Assembly (NCBI GenBank): GCA_025201805.1
Contig: MU619332.1
Span: forward strand, 1 to 64,000
Direction of reading: 5' to 3'
DNA from: Parasitella parasitica NRRL 2501
Lineage: Eukaryota > Fungi > Mucoromycota
DNA: 64,000 nucleotides
A model generated the notes under the pieces. It made no database searches and had not been told where the DNA came from. It worked only from the letters and a program-made list of their open reading frames with translations. How positions within the stretch are numbered: position 1 is the stretch's first letter; every line of letters starts with the position of its first letter. This document shows, piece after piece, positions 41,478-53,753 of the stretch. Made by a program: the position numbers and the translations under genes.

Positions 41478-42185
41478 TTAGTTGATGCGTCCAATAGGCA
41501 AGGTGAAGTAAGAGGATTGCTTGGTCAACAAACCTGACAAAGCGTTATACCAAGCAATCAAGGCAGTAACAACACCAAGAGCACCACCGGCAACAGTGCA
41601 AGGAGTAGATTCGTTCATTTTACCGGCAGTCAACATGATGAATGTGATGAACAAGAAGAAGAAGAGAGAAATGAGACCAACATTGGAGCGATGAGAGGCA
41701 ATTAACATAATGCCGGTGAAAATAGTCCAACCCATAAGATAATAACCGAGAGATCTGTCCAAAAGCTTGGTATCTGAGCCGTAGCTTCCTACAATGTTGG
41801 CTCCAGGAATGAAGATCATACCAAAAGACAACCAGAAACCACCATAGCTTGAAAATGCAGTAGCACCGAATGTGTTTCCTGTCTTGAATTCCCACATACC
41901 AGCCAAGAGCTATGAATAGATATGAATATACAAACAAATAACATGCTAAATATTCCAGTAATTTACCTGAACAAGACCACCGTAGAAGAAGGCAAGACCA
42001 GTTACAACGCCATGAGGGCCGCTGGGAGATACACCAGCACCGGCATTGTGGAGTGACAAGACGAAGGTAGTTAAGGCAAACCCACAGAGACCCAAAGGAC
42101 CAGGATTAGCAATAGTAGGTGCTGCGACTACTGGAGGAGTGGGAGCAACTTGGTACTTGGATTCGACATCTTGTTGTTCAGACAT
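41478..42185 (-). CDS. ADY2: GPR1/FUN34/YaaH (Ady2/SatP) acetate transporter
   Basis: Exons 42185-41967 and 41909-41478; [46 protein letters not shown]. Confidence 0.93.
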
Positions 42186-45100
42186 TTTGGTTATAATTTG
42201 TTGATCTGTACTTTTTGTTCTGATTTGATTGAATTGGACTTTTTTTTTTATTTGTTAGATAAAAAAGAGAGAAAGAAAGATCTGTGGGGGACAGAAACTG
42301 ATGTGGATGAGGGGGTATTTATATCTTATTCGAGAAAAACCTTCTTTGGTTGCATACATTTTACAAGCCAAATTTGGTCATTTTTTATGGGGGGTGATTG
42401 AGGAGAACACACATACAGAGCGGATACAAATAAAATAAGGCCCTCTCTCCCCCCCCCCCACCTCCCTCGCCAGCAAAAGATTAGAGATTTATTCAAGTTG
42501 GTACAACTTTAAATTTGATAGTATATTATATTATATGTGGGAAAAAGCCAACTCCACATCCTCCTTGAACGTACCAATTCGTAATTTTAATATATAACAA
42601 TAAACTTGCTCTGTGCTCTCTATTGTATTAAAATTATGAATAATTGGCAACTTTTTTATAGTTTACGTACTAAAGCGCAGGAATTACACAAAAAAGCCAA
42701 CAAAACGCGAAGGCGAAAAACTAGTTTAACTTTCTAAACAAAGGAATTTTGGTCGGAAGTACCTCCAAATCTGGATCTTCTCCCGTCCAATTCGGTAAGT
42801 ATCTGTGCCTCCAATGATTCCAAAGATTCATAGCACAGCAACCAGTCAATTTGCGTGTGAACCCATCTTCTCGATGTTGAGAAGGACCATGTCCGTTCTA
42901 TGGGAAAAAAAAAGCTTTTTTTAAAAAAAGGAAAAGCAGGTTTAAGAGAGTCTCAATAATGAAATAGAAAAAAAACAACAACAACAAAAAAAAAAAAGAA
43001 AAACTCTATCGTAGATTGCAATGTGTCAAAAGGAAATGTAATCGATTTACATTTTCTAACCGCGGTAGCATTCCCTTCTCTGGTAAAAATGCCATTTTAA
43101 AGATAAAGAAGACAAGAGATAGAGGGTGGGTGTTTTTTGCCCATGTGCGCTCACCGAAAAAAACAGAGTCTTGGTAGCACGTTTCTTGGGAATTATCTCC
43201 CTTGTAACACTGGAAAAGATCCTTCTCGGATTTTTCATATATAACGAGTAAAGGTATACTTGGCAGCACGTATATTTGCCGTAACATTGGATATTCTTAC
43301 TTGCCGTAAAATGATGTTGATTCGTCTCATGGTAACTTTGTGATAATGAACATGGGACAAAAAAAAAAATTTTTTTTTTTTCTTGTCAGGATAATATTGA
43401 TGTGAAAAGCATTTTGAACCAAACAAACCAATTTCTATGTTTTTACATATTTGGATTGAGGTATCACATCCTTCCCTTGCTATTCACGCATTCTTTTTGG
43501 TGAGAAAAAAAAACTAAACGATTCCATGGATTCCTCTATAATATCTCTGGACAATATGAATGTATGACAGCGATAACTTTGTACCACGGCAATAAACTTT
43601 ATCTTTACATTTTACCCCACATTCGAATAGCACAAGTCGTACAGATACACATAGAATTCTCTTTGTTTTCGTGGTGATATTAGATGCCCTGCCTTGTTTT
43701 GTATGGTTTCATTTTTACCCCAGGATTTTTCTTAAAATTGGACATATGTGTGTGTGTGTGAGAAGACTCATATTGAAGGAAACGCTTCTTTGTAACAGGT
43801 TACCTGTTGTCATGGATTATAGTAACCAATGTCATTTCTAGGGATTACATTATCTCCACAAGCACAACTTTACTTTTTTCGTTTGTATACATGTATTCAT
43901 TCGCATCAAATCACACGTCTCCACTAAAATAAAGACTCATATGATGAAAAAAAAACGAATAATGAATAGATTTGACTGCAAATTTTGATGGCATTTCTCC
44001 TAGAGAAAATGTGTTTTTTACGTCTATTATTTGAATTTGCGTATTGTAACTAGACTTAACAACGCTTGATGCGGTTATTTTCCTTATTCTCTAGAGCTTA
44101 ATGTACATATCAAGTGTAAGGAATCTTGGTCAGAATGTATGCAACTATTTACAGATACATAATGTTTTGTATTCGCGAATACACATCATGCAGATATGCG
44201 AATGTGAACATTGCACCATTTCTGAAATTCAGTCGTATGATTTTTCTGTATACAAACATGGCGTTTTCGGTCGTTTTCCATGCATATAATTTAGAATACA
44301 TGTTCTGTAGTAAATAAACAATGAGATATCGCACTCCTGTTGAAGACTTCACACATGTCTTCGTAAGCGATAATATGTATGTATGCAATCAAACCACATT
44401 TCTTGATAATGAGCATATAAATTAGAGTCGTATCATGCATCTGCTATATACTTTGCATTTTTGTCATGTGCAGTTTTTATTACAACTCTTCTTTCATTGT
44501 ATGAATATCCCATGACAGTATACCTGCTTAAAAAAACATAGGAGTTTAATATTGCTTTTTGATGTTTCTAGTAAGTACCTTATCATCTTCAAAATACTAT
44601 GACTATTTGGCTGTATCTATTGCTGGTATATAGACATACATCATTAGCACGTGCTATGAAAGAGGAAAAATAAATCTGACGGTATACACACATATGAAAG
44701 AAGTCTGAGGTGAGCTAATCGGTATATACAAATTGCTAAATATATCTTCGGTAAAAGCCTTTACGTTATAATGCTGCATCAGAATTGCATGTACCTGGAC
44801 TCCGTTAATGAATCAAGCTTTCCGTGATCAAAGGATTTCAGAACGTATTAGGAGAGATAGAATAGGACTTATTCGTGTCGTTTCCGAATGTTCAAAATTG
44901 ACATGATTTGAAAGTTACACACATGCATGCGATGGCAAACATGGCATGTACGTGTGATTATGGGTGAAAATTGAAAATGAGCACTTGTAAATCGCAAAAG
45001 TTCTGTATTTGACGCGACGTCATTTCCCGAATCTTCCAACTAACACGATTTGCTTTCCTTGGATTTATGCAGCTTGGATTTGAGAGAAGCTATTTGATAG

Positions 45101-45453
45101 GCTACCAGTAACACACATAGTGCGCCCTGAAATTTTTCCATAGTTACAACAATAAGGATGAACTGATTTTGAATGCCATTTTCTTCGTATCACATCAAGA
45201 TAATTGCCTTGCCACACTCAACAGCAATGTCTGACAATGACCAAATTCAGAATGTATGTATTTACGCAGTTTCTTATAAAGTAAAATTGAACATTTACAA
45301 TTTAAGCTTACATGATGCAAAGGTGCACAGATTTTTTTTTATATCTAGATATCGCATGAAAAAAAGGCGATAAAGTGGGTAATATTGTTGATTGATACAA
45401 GTAAAAATTATAGAAACAAGGATTTTGATAAATGTAAAGTATGTGTGCTAGTT

Positions 45454-46835
45454 TTACCAAGCAAGCCCACCTTGAAATTCCATGCACCCTAAACCCTGTT
45501 CATAGATCTTGTAATTTAATAGACCCCATTCATTTTCATTGTTCATGTAAACACTTTCGCCACGTTCAATCTTGCCCATGTCTATGTTTGTATTATCGTT
45601 GATAGCCTCTTTGTTACTTTCCCATATATTGGCGTGTTCTTGATGGCAAGTAAAACCAGGCTTGACATAGACAACTGGGATTTTCTTTGTCCAAGCAGCA
45701 GTGCAAATGAATTCAATATCCATCCTATTTGCAAGGAGTTAGAGTAGTTGTACAAAGGAGAGGCAAGCAAATAAAGAATATTTACCATGCAACGCCTCCT
45801 GCTTCTCTGTACCCTCTTGGGATTTTCCATGTATCTCTGTGAGCCATAGTAAAATCACCAGCTTGATCAGCGACTTCAAGGATGTTCATAGTGGTGGTCC
45901 TATCTTCGATTTCAGGGTTGTTCCTGCTTGTCACTGTAATTGGAGGAGGTAATGTGTAGTTCCCCCAATTTTGTTCACCCAATACACAGCTGTTATAAAT
46001 TGTATCGTCACTGGGGAATGCCTCCAAATTTACAATGGAAGGTGGCAAATTGTCGTGGATGTTGTGGTGGTCTTGATGTTGTACATAAATTGTATCTTTT
46101 TGAAATACTCGTGATTTAATAGCGTTATGGAAATTGTGAGACCATATATCGTCTTGGTTGGTGCAGACAACGAATTCACCTCTTGCAAATCGAATACCAA
46201 CGTTTTTTCCTTCAAATTCATGTAATGGTGATTTACCACGGTTCTGTATGATTTCATGAAGCGAGTTGGGTATTGTAATAATCCTATATTTCAAATATTT
46301 GGAGCCTCTAAATCTCTACGTGTAACCCGAGTTAATCGCTTTCACTCTCAAAGTACATTTATCCTTTCTTACAAAAGCATCGATCACTCTTCTACGATTT
46401 TCAGGTGGATTCCATTCTACAATCAACAGCTCAATCCTCTCTTGAGTTTTCTCTGCCAAAATATAGGCAGAATCAATAAAATTTTGAAGGCGATGTTGCT
46501 GCCCGCTGCAGAACAGGAGGTTACTTTTTCTCTGGTTCACCGAGAAACTCTCTAGTTACTTACCCAGCATAATTATCGACTCTGGTAACGATTACAATAG
46601 AAAGATATTCAGAGGGTGTTTCTCCTGGATCCAGACATGACTCCCATTCTTGTCGTGTTAATTGAATCTGATCCACTTGTGCTGTATCTTCAATGATACC
46701 GGCGGGTTTCTTTCTAGTTACTGCTGTTGCGTTTCTGCTAGTTGTAGACATGTCATAGATGAAAAACAAGGATACTAGGGTGAACAAGATAATTGCTGGT
46801 AGCAATATACGTTTGTTGGTAGCGAGATGCTTCAT
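45454..46835 (-). CDS. Type II membrane GT-A/GT2-like glycosyltransferase
   Basis: 4 exons; N-terminal anchor; LSIVIVTRVDNYAGG, ELLIVEWNPP, KNVGIRFARGEFVVCTNQDD, AGDFTMAHRDTW..RGYRE. Confidence 0.75.
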
Positions 46836-47069
46836 TTATTTTCACAGCTCTCAGCTCTCGAGATAAAGAAAGAGAGGAAAGAAAAGCAAGGGACTAAGGA
46901 GGACGTTTTATTGGTCTAGTCATGAGAAACGAAGCTAAAGAAAGGTAGTCATCCACGATCTACTGGGTTTTGAAGGGCAAATTTTTTAATGAATCAAGAT
47001 GATGATGATGAAAAAATCATAGATTAAACAGTTGGTAAATACAATTTTGAAAAATGTACTTTATTTGTT

Positions 47070-47811
47070 AAAGACATCGTTCTTCGTTTAGGCATTTGGC
47101 CCAAAAGGCCTCTGCATGCCTTACCCTAAAATGAAGAGATCTCTGTTTGTCATATATAGCCTTTTTCCTACCATTTGACTTTACACCGTTGATAAGCAAC
47201 GCTTTTGCACCATCCAACAAAACGCAGCCAGCAAAGAGCTGTGATACAGCATATTTAGATTATGGACTATCGACCCAGTCAATGTTTGCATTATTTGATA
47301 TGTCCTCGTCTATTTTCAAGTACCACTTTGTTCTGTAGAATGTTGGAAATACGGGAATTAGTGTGATGGAAAAGTTATTTCTCAGTAGATAGTAGCTGTG
47401 TTTGACGTTTTCATTGTAATCGGTTAAAACTTTATCAAGTCCGTGTGCAGTAAGTATTTTTATAGCTGAACCCCAAGAAACCAGCAGCAATAACAGTTGA
47501 ATTTCCTTTTGTTAAAATCATGTCTAGAGTCAAAGGAAACACTATTGCTGGTACTATTGCTGGTTTCAAGCCTACGGGATTTCTCGAAATCAAAAAGTTT
47601 ATCATCAAGAAGCATATCCATTCTGGATTCGAACGCTCTTGATGCCCCCTTGAACAGCTCTGAAAACCAACTTTTTGAGCACCGGATTTTGCATTTTTAT
47701 ATTTTTGGAACCAGTTGAAAGAAGAGGCATTATTGACCCCTCGGCTAAGGTCCCTTCAGCAAAGAATTTTCTCGAAAATACTTTGAATAAGGCAAGATGC
47801 AAGTATTTCAT
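47070..47811 (-). pseudogene. Decayed coding relic between GT and GH47 genes
   Basis: Overlapping protein-like frames broken by stops and frameshifts; ~420-bp frame with one internal stop. Confidence 0.3.
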
Positions 47812-48119
47812 ATCATTAGAGCGATCAAAAAGAATCCCTTAAATTTTCAGAAATTAAAAGGGAGGCATCCTCCTTCCTTGAATTCATAACATGTAAAAAA
47901 CTTTATTATCAAGCTCTCTTGAGCCAAGGATCCTCCTCCCCCCCCCCTCCCATGATACCTATTTGAACTTTTTGGTTTAATTTGATTCATATTCGAGTTT
48001 ATTTGACATTATGAGTAATTTAATAAACCTAAAAGGTCGACATTGACTGAAAGAAAGGTATTTAAGCAGGCAGCGTTTGAGTCTTCTTCTTTTCGTTAAA
48101 ACCGTATATATACATACAC

Positions 48120-49931
48120 ATGAAATTTACTGCATCGACTTTATGTTTAGCTGCTGCATTTGGTGGTTTAGCTGCCAGTGCTTTGCCTGTAGATTCCAAT
48201 GAATACCGAGCAGGTAGAATTCGATCCGCTTTTCAGCATGCTTGGAAAGGATACTCAACTTTTGCGTACGGACATGATGAATTGTTACCTGTATCTTCTT
48301 CATTTTCTGATTCAAGGTACTTCATCACAGTGATAAAATATCCTAGTAGTAAATTGTAATCTTTTTTATTTCATTTATGATATTGTAGAAATGGTTGGGG
48401 AGGTATGAAACTGAATTAAATACTGCTGAAAAATGCCATTTACATATTCACATTCTGCTTATGTAGCAAGTATATTTGATGCGCTTGATACCATGATTAT
48501 TATGAATCTAAATGACGAATTTTACGAGTCTCTTCAATTCGTTGCAAATGTTAATTGGTCCTCTACGGCGACACCTTCCAAGACGTTCGAAACCTGCATT
48601 CGATATTTAGGGGGGCTTCTATCCGCCTACGATCTTCGCCCTGACCCAATGTTGTTGAAAAAGGCGCTTGAGCTTGTAGATCAAGTCCTGCTTCCTGCAT
48701 TCAACACCAAAAACCTTATACCTGCATCGTTTGTTGATGTGCCAAGGTCAGTTTGTGTGTAGGTGACACATGTCAAGTAAACTTACTGTCCTATTCTTTG
48801 ATATTTTGTGTATAGAAAGCAGCCTATTCTTTCAGAAACAATTATTCTTGCAGAATTTGCTCTGCAACTTGAATTTGTTCGCTTGAGCCAGATCACAAAA
48901 AATCCTGACTGGGAGAGATTGGGAAATCGAGTCATTGAAGAGATTGCAAAAGCAAGTACTCCTCTTGAGGGATTGTATTCAATCATATGGGATGCAAACA
49001 CGTTTCAGCCGAGCAATCGATGTAAGTAGTTTGGTTATAGGTTTGACCAAGTTAATTGATTCATACTGCGAATAGCGTATATCACTGTATCTGGAGGAGG
49101 CGATAGTTTTTATGAGTACCTGCTCAAGACTCATATATTAATGGAAGGCAACGAAGATCTGCAACTTCGCATGTGGGAGCAGTCAGTGGCTAGTATGAAC
49201 TACTATTTACGATCAGTGTCTGCCGAGGGCTCTGTGTTTTTGAGTGAAGAATTAGGTGGCAAAAAGTATCTCAAATCAGGCGAATTGGTATGCTTTATGC
49301 CCGGCAATCTATTACTTGGTGCTCGTTATCTACAAAAGCCTGCTTACGAGAAATTTGCGCAGGAATTGATGGACTCATGTTTCAAGACATGGCACAACTC
49401 GCCAACAGGCCTATCACCCGAGAATTGGGGATGGATCAACCAAGAAGCTATCGATAATAACACAACGGCGGTATACACTGTACAGCAAAAAAATACTTTT
49501 AGAGATTTGGCGTTTATTCCTACTCAAAAGAGCTACCAATTAAGACCAGGTACAGTAAAGTCGCATACACTGGTTATGCCATATTGTAGGCTAGCATTTC
49601 TAACAAGTCTGTATCTGTAGAAACGTTGGAGAGCTTGTTCTACTTTTACCGACTAACGGGCGACCCCAAATATCAAGATATGGCCTGGGAGATATTCGAG
49701 TCGATCGAAAAGCACTGCAAAACTGAACATGGCTATTCATCAGTGTCCAACATCATGGACAATCAAAGCGACATCACGAACGACTTTCAAGAAAGCTACT
49801 TTTTTGCTGAAACCTTGAAATACCTCTTTTTGATATTTTCAGACAAATCGCTCATATCATTAGATGAGTATGTATTCAATACCGAAGCACATCCTTTTAG
49901 ATTGAGTAAGCCTATTAAAGTTCAAGTCTGA
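48120..49931 (+). CDS. GH47 alpha-1,2-mannosidase with signal peptide
   Basis: 6 exons incl. 14-nt microexon 48389-48402; [76 protein letters not shown]. Confidence 0.95.
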
Positions 49932-50085
49932 AGCCACCAAGAATTTGATTTTTGGGATAAATAAGTAAGGGGAAGGGAGGAGTACATGAGCAATGTAATT
50001 CAGGGCTTGTTTGGCAGAATCCCGAGAAATGAAACGATATAAATACATGATCACTTTAATAAATTCATTCAAAATCACCATAAAC

Positions 50086-50331
50086 ATGCAAACAAGCGCC
50101 TTTTTTTTAGTCTATTTATTCATTGTCATTATTGCGTTATTCGCGTCCAGTGCAAAGGCAGGTATCCTTGGTGGTAGTGGCAATTCTCAAGACGATCCAA
50201 GTCTTCAAAACCAATTTGGGCTATTGAATGTAGAAGTTGGGGAAATCATAGGCTATCACAAAGCAAGTGGCGAAAGGCCAGGTCTTTTCCGTAAAAGATT
50301 TGCCAGCAAATTACGCAAAAACAAGAAATAG
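50086..50331 (+). CDS. Small secreted protein (81 aa)
   Basis: Signal peptide MQTSAFFLVYLFIVIIALFASSAKA followed by a short mature region and basic tail. Confidence 0.7.
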   Translation: MQTSAFFLVYLFIVIIALFASSAKAGILGGSGNSQDDPSLQNQFGLLNVEVGEIIGYHKASGERPGLFRKRFASKLRKNKK

Positions 50332-50390
50332 CCACTACAATTAGAAAAAAAAAAACCAATTTATTGCTTGTTATGCATACGCCAAACTCA

Positions 50391-51486
50391 TTAATCCAAC
50401 ATCATGTCAATATCTTCCTCCAATGCTACACTGTTACTCTTACTTCCAGAAGCCTGTTTGTGATAGTTGAATAAAAGTTAGCACTGATTTGTACCCACTC
50501 TCATATTTGGCTGTCCTACATTTGATTGCATGTATCTCTCCATTTCTCTATCCAAGTCCTCGGCAGTTGGGGTTTTCTTTTGGCGATCATCCTTCTTCTC
50601 GCTGCTTTTCGAGGACTTGTGTGAGCGATCATGTCTCTTTTGGCGGAAATTATCTCTGTCGTCGCTACGGTTAGTATTACTGCCACCCAAACGACCACCA
50701 AGACGGTTGCTAAGACGATCATTGTGGAAGCGACTAGTAATAAACAGAGGTTATCAACATCTACACTACTACAATGGCTGAAAAAGGACAGTATTTACCC
50801 TCCTGAGGAGCGAGGTTTAGGCGGGGCTCTTTCGCTAATCTTGATTTGCATGGCTTGTCCATCCAATTGTATATTGTTATACTTGCTGATTGCTTTCTCT
50901 GCCTCAGACAGTGATTGATATGAGACATAAGCAAGACCGGTTGAGCGACCTGATTGATCAAACATGATTTTGGCTTTTGTAACATCGCCCACAGTGCTGA
51001 AAAGCTCTCTAAGGTCGTCCTCAGTGACATTGTAATGCAGATTTTCAACACAAATTTCTACGCTGCGCTCAGGGTATCCTCCTTGGCCCCCACCACGAGC
51101 AGTACCCAAGCGAGACAAGATACTGCTTCTTGGAACATCGTCGTCGTCAAACATATCGTGAGACCATTGCCCATTTACATTTTTACTGGCACCACCTCGC
51201 TACGAACAGTGGCAACGCGTATAATTCAATATATATTGCAATTTTGGGTTGGCATTTGACTTACTCTTTCTTCCATGACATTGACGGTGCGAACAAACGA
51301 GCGGATAACAGGCGAGTTGTTGCTGCTGTTGCTGTTACCTCCACCTCTTTTACGAACACCACCTCCACCAAGTTCACGTCTTGTATTGCGACTAAAGCTG
51401 CTGTTGCTTTTCCTGTTGCCGCTTCCTCTTTCAGTTCTTCTATCTTTAATGACTTCGTCAAGGGCCTGGTCAAGTCTGAAAGACAT
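50391..51486 (-). CDS. YRA1: mRNA export adaptor Yra1/ALYREF
   Basis: 4 exons; N-terminal MSFRLDQALDEVIK, WSHDMF, RRM (VENLHYNVTEDDLRELF, SGRSTGLAYV), C-terminal TAEDLDREMERYM. Confidence 0.88.
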
Positions 51487-51591
51487 TGTTTGTATTGTTC
51501 TGCAAAGTAAGAAGGAAAGAAATTGAAGGGATATAGATTTATTAAAGCAGTTGATGGGTGGGTGGGTGTGTGACTAGATTAAAACGAGGGA

Positions 51592-52685
51592 TTAACCCTT
51601 CTTCCGGTTCTGTACCTTTATATCGGACACATCTGCTAAACCATCGCCAGTTAATCTCAAGAATGTGATGCCCTCAGTATCACCTACTAGGGCCATGACA
51701 AAGGTAGGGCCATATACACCCGATTTGGTGTATCTGAGTTGAGGTTTGTAGTTGGCATTTGGTGTTCCAGTTAATTGGCCAAAGAACTGATTTAGCTCGT
51801 ACAATGTTGGCATGCGGTCGTTTATATTTTTGACTACAACTCGAAAATCTGGGTCTCCAGGGTCCCTTTTCCTCCAGCCAGGCCTTGGCTTATAGACATC
51901 CCAGTCAAAAGTAGAGCATAACGATGCATAAAAGGGCTTGTACCATGGCGAAGACGGAATAATCTGTAAGGTAGAATATATCTGAGAGTAACTAGTGCAT
52001 CTATAATCCCAGACAAGAGGTCTGTGTTGCACAGGTTGGATCCAATGTGTGATGGCATTAAAGAGTAGCTTGAAAATAGAGGGAGCTGGTTGCTGCTTTG
52101 CTGGTATTTGATCTTTCGTGGAGGTAACGGCTGCTTTTTTGGATCTCATGACAATGTATCCCAGCCGTTTTAAATATGCATAAACTTGGTATTTATCAAA
52201 TGTGATCCAGCCATCGCCACATTCGCACATAATCTCGCAATAGTCCTCGAAAGAAACTGGATCATCCGTTTGCCGTGTAACTATTAATGCGTTTCTAGCA
52301 ACTAAAAACGCTGCTTCTTCAGGGAACAATGTAATTGCGCCTTGATTAGAGAATCCCATTGAATGGAGATGAGTGCCTTTGTTCTTTTTGATGGCTGTAT
52401 GATACGGGGATGATGGATTCAGTAGCCCTTCACTCACATTTTTCGGTAACGCGACTGTGTCCGATATGCAATCAAATAGAGCTTGGCGAGATACTGCAAG
52501 CTGCTCTTGATTTGCTTGATTCGATGCATTTGCTTTCTCGCCTCGTTTCGGTGCTTGACTCTTTTTACTGCTGAGATGGTCAATAGGCGATGAATTCAAA
52601 GGCCATATTTTCATCTAATCTACCTCTTTTTCTTTACCAATTGAGAATAGTCTACCAATAGTTCATCGGCTTCTGCATCGCTCAT
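51592..52685 (-). CDS. SEN54: tRNA-splicing endonuclease subunit Sen54
   Basis: Exons 52685-52624 and 52570-51592; PKRGEK, LFPEEAAFL, YQVYAYLKRLGYIV, DVYKPRPGWRKRDPGDPDF. Confidence 0.88.
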
Positions 52686-52851
52686 ACTTTCTTCTTGTGC
52701 ATAACATAAAAACACCAAAAGGCAAACACCCCCCCCCCCCACTCTTTTTCTTGCTGAAAATTTTTTCATCATTGAATAACCGCGCATAAGCAAAGATGAT
52801 CACCATCTTGCGCTTACTCCCTTTTCCCTCTTCTCCAAAGTTTCATTAAGG

Positions 52852-53704
52852 ATGGTATACGCGAGAAGGTCTTGTTACAAGTGCGGCAATGGTAAGGCTT
52901 ATTTTTGCATCAGAACACCGGCAACTAACACAAACATCCAGCGGGCCACTTTGCTACTGCTTGTGCTGAAGCGGAAAGACTTTGTTACAACTGCAAGCAA
53001 CCGGGCCATTTGAGCAATGAGTGCACTGAGCCCAAGTTCATTCAGCCCAAGACTTGTTACAACTGTGGAGAAGGTAATGGAAAATATGGCTGGGCTATTG
53101 CATTGCAACTCATTCTTGTTCAATAGTTGGTCATATCATCGCTGATTGCCCCAATCCTGCGCTTGCCACTGCTCACGTCAAAAAGGAAAAGCAATGCTTT
53201 AATTGCCAGGATTATGTAAAATACGGTATATCCACAGACAAGAATCTACCAGGCGATTGACATTGGTTGACATAGGGACATATTGCTAGAGATTGCACCA
53301 ACGAAGCTCAACCTCGTCATTCGGCGGAACGCAAACAACAGAGATTCAAGCAAGTCGTATGCGAAAATTGTGGGGGACTCAACCATTATGCAAAGGATTG
53401 TCAAGCAAGCGATATTGTCTGCTACAACTGCAAAAAGCACGGCCATATGGCTCGTGAATGCCCCCTCGCTATTTCCTCTGTTCAGCCTAGTGCTGCTGCT
53501 CATAGTGATAGACCTGTCAAAGCATGTTATAATTGCGGTAAGCCTGGCCACATTGCTCGCAAATGCTTCACTGCCAAAAGGGAGAGAGATGAAGATACCG
53601 ATGGAACTGGTAATGAGAGCGATGACGATGGCGGGGAAGAAGATATCACAGATTCAGAGCTGTCTGCTACAGAGTCTGAATCTGACCAAGACCGTACAGC
53701 TTGA
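52852..53704 (+). CDS. GIS2: CNBP/Gis2-like protein with 7 CCHC zinc knuckles
   Basis: Exons 52852-52891, 52941-53073, 53127-53215, 53276-53704; seven CxxCxxxxHxxxxC motifs; acidic tail. Confidence 0.85.
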
Positions 53705-53753
53705 TTTGTGTGTTTTTTTTTTTGCAATAAAAAAAAAAAAAAAAAAAAGCCTC

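Noticed and set aside
42750-42900. CGG/CCG triplets upstream of ADY2 as carbon-source response elements
   Set aside because: No good match to the CSRE consensus.
29332-52685. tRNA-themed cluster (GCN2, RPP1, SEN54)
   Set aside because: Interspersed with unrelated genes over 23 kb; chance is sufficient.
53283-53753. ORF-track frame running through the last CNBP exon into the Kelch gene (possible fusion)
   Set aside because: Non-ATG start, shifted-frame reading of zinc-knuckle codons, crosses poly-T/poly-A tracts; no frameshift or splice signal seen.
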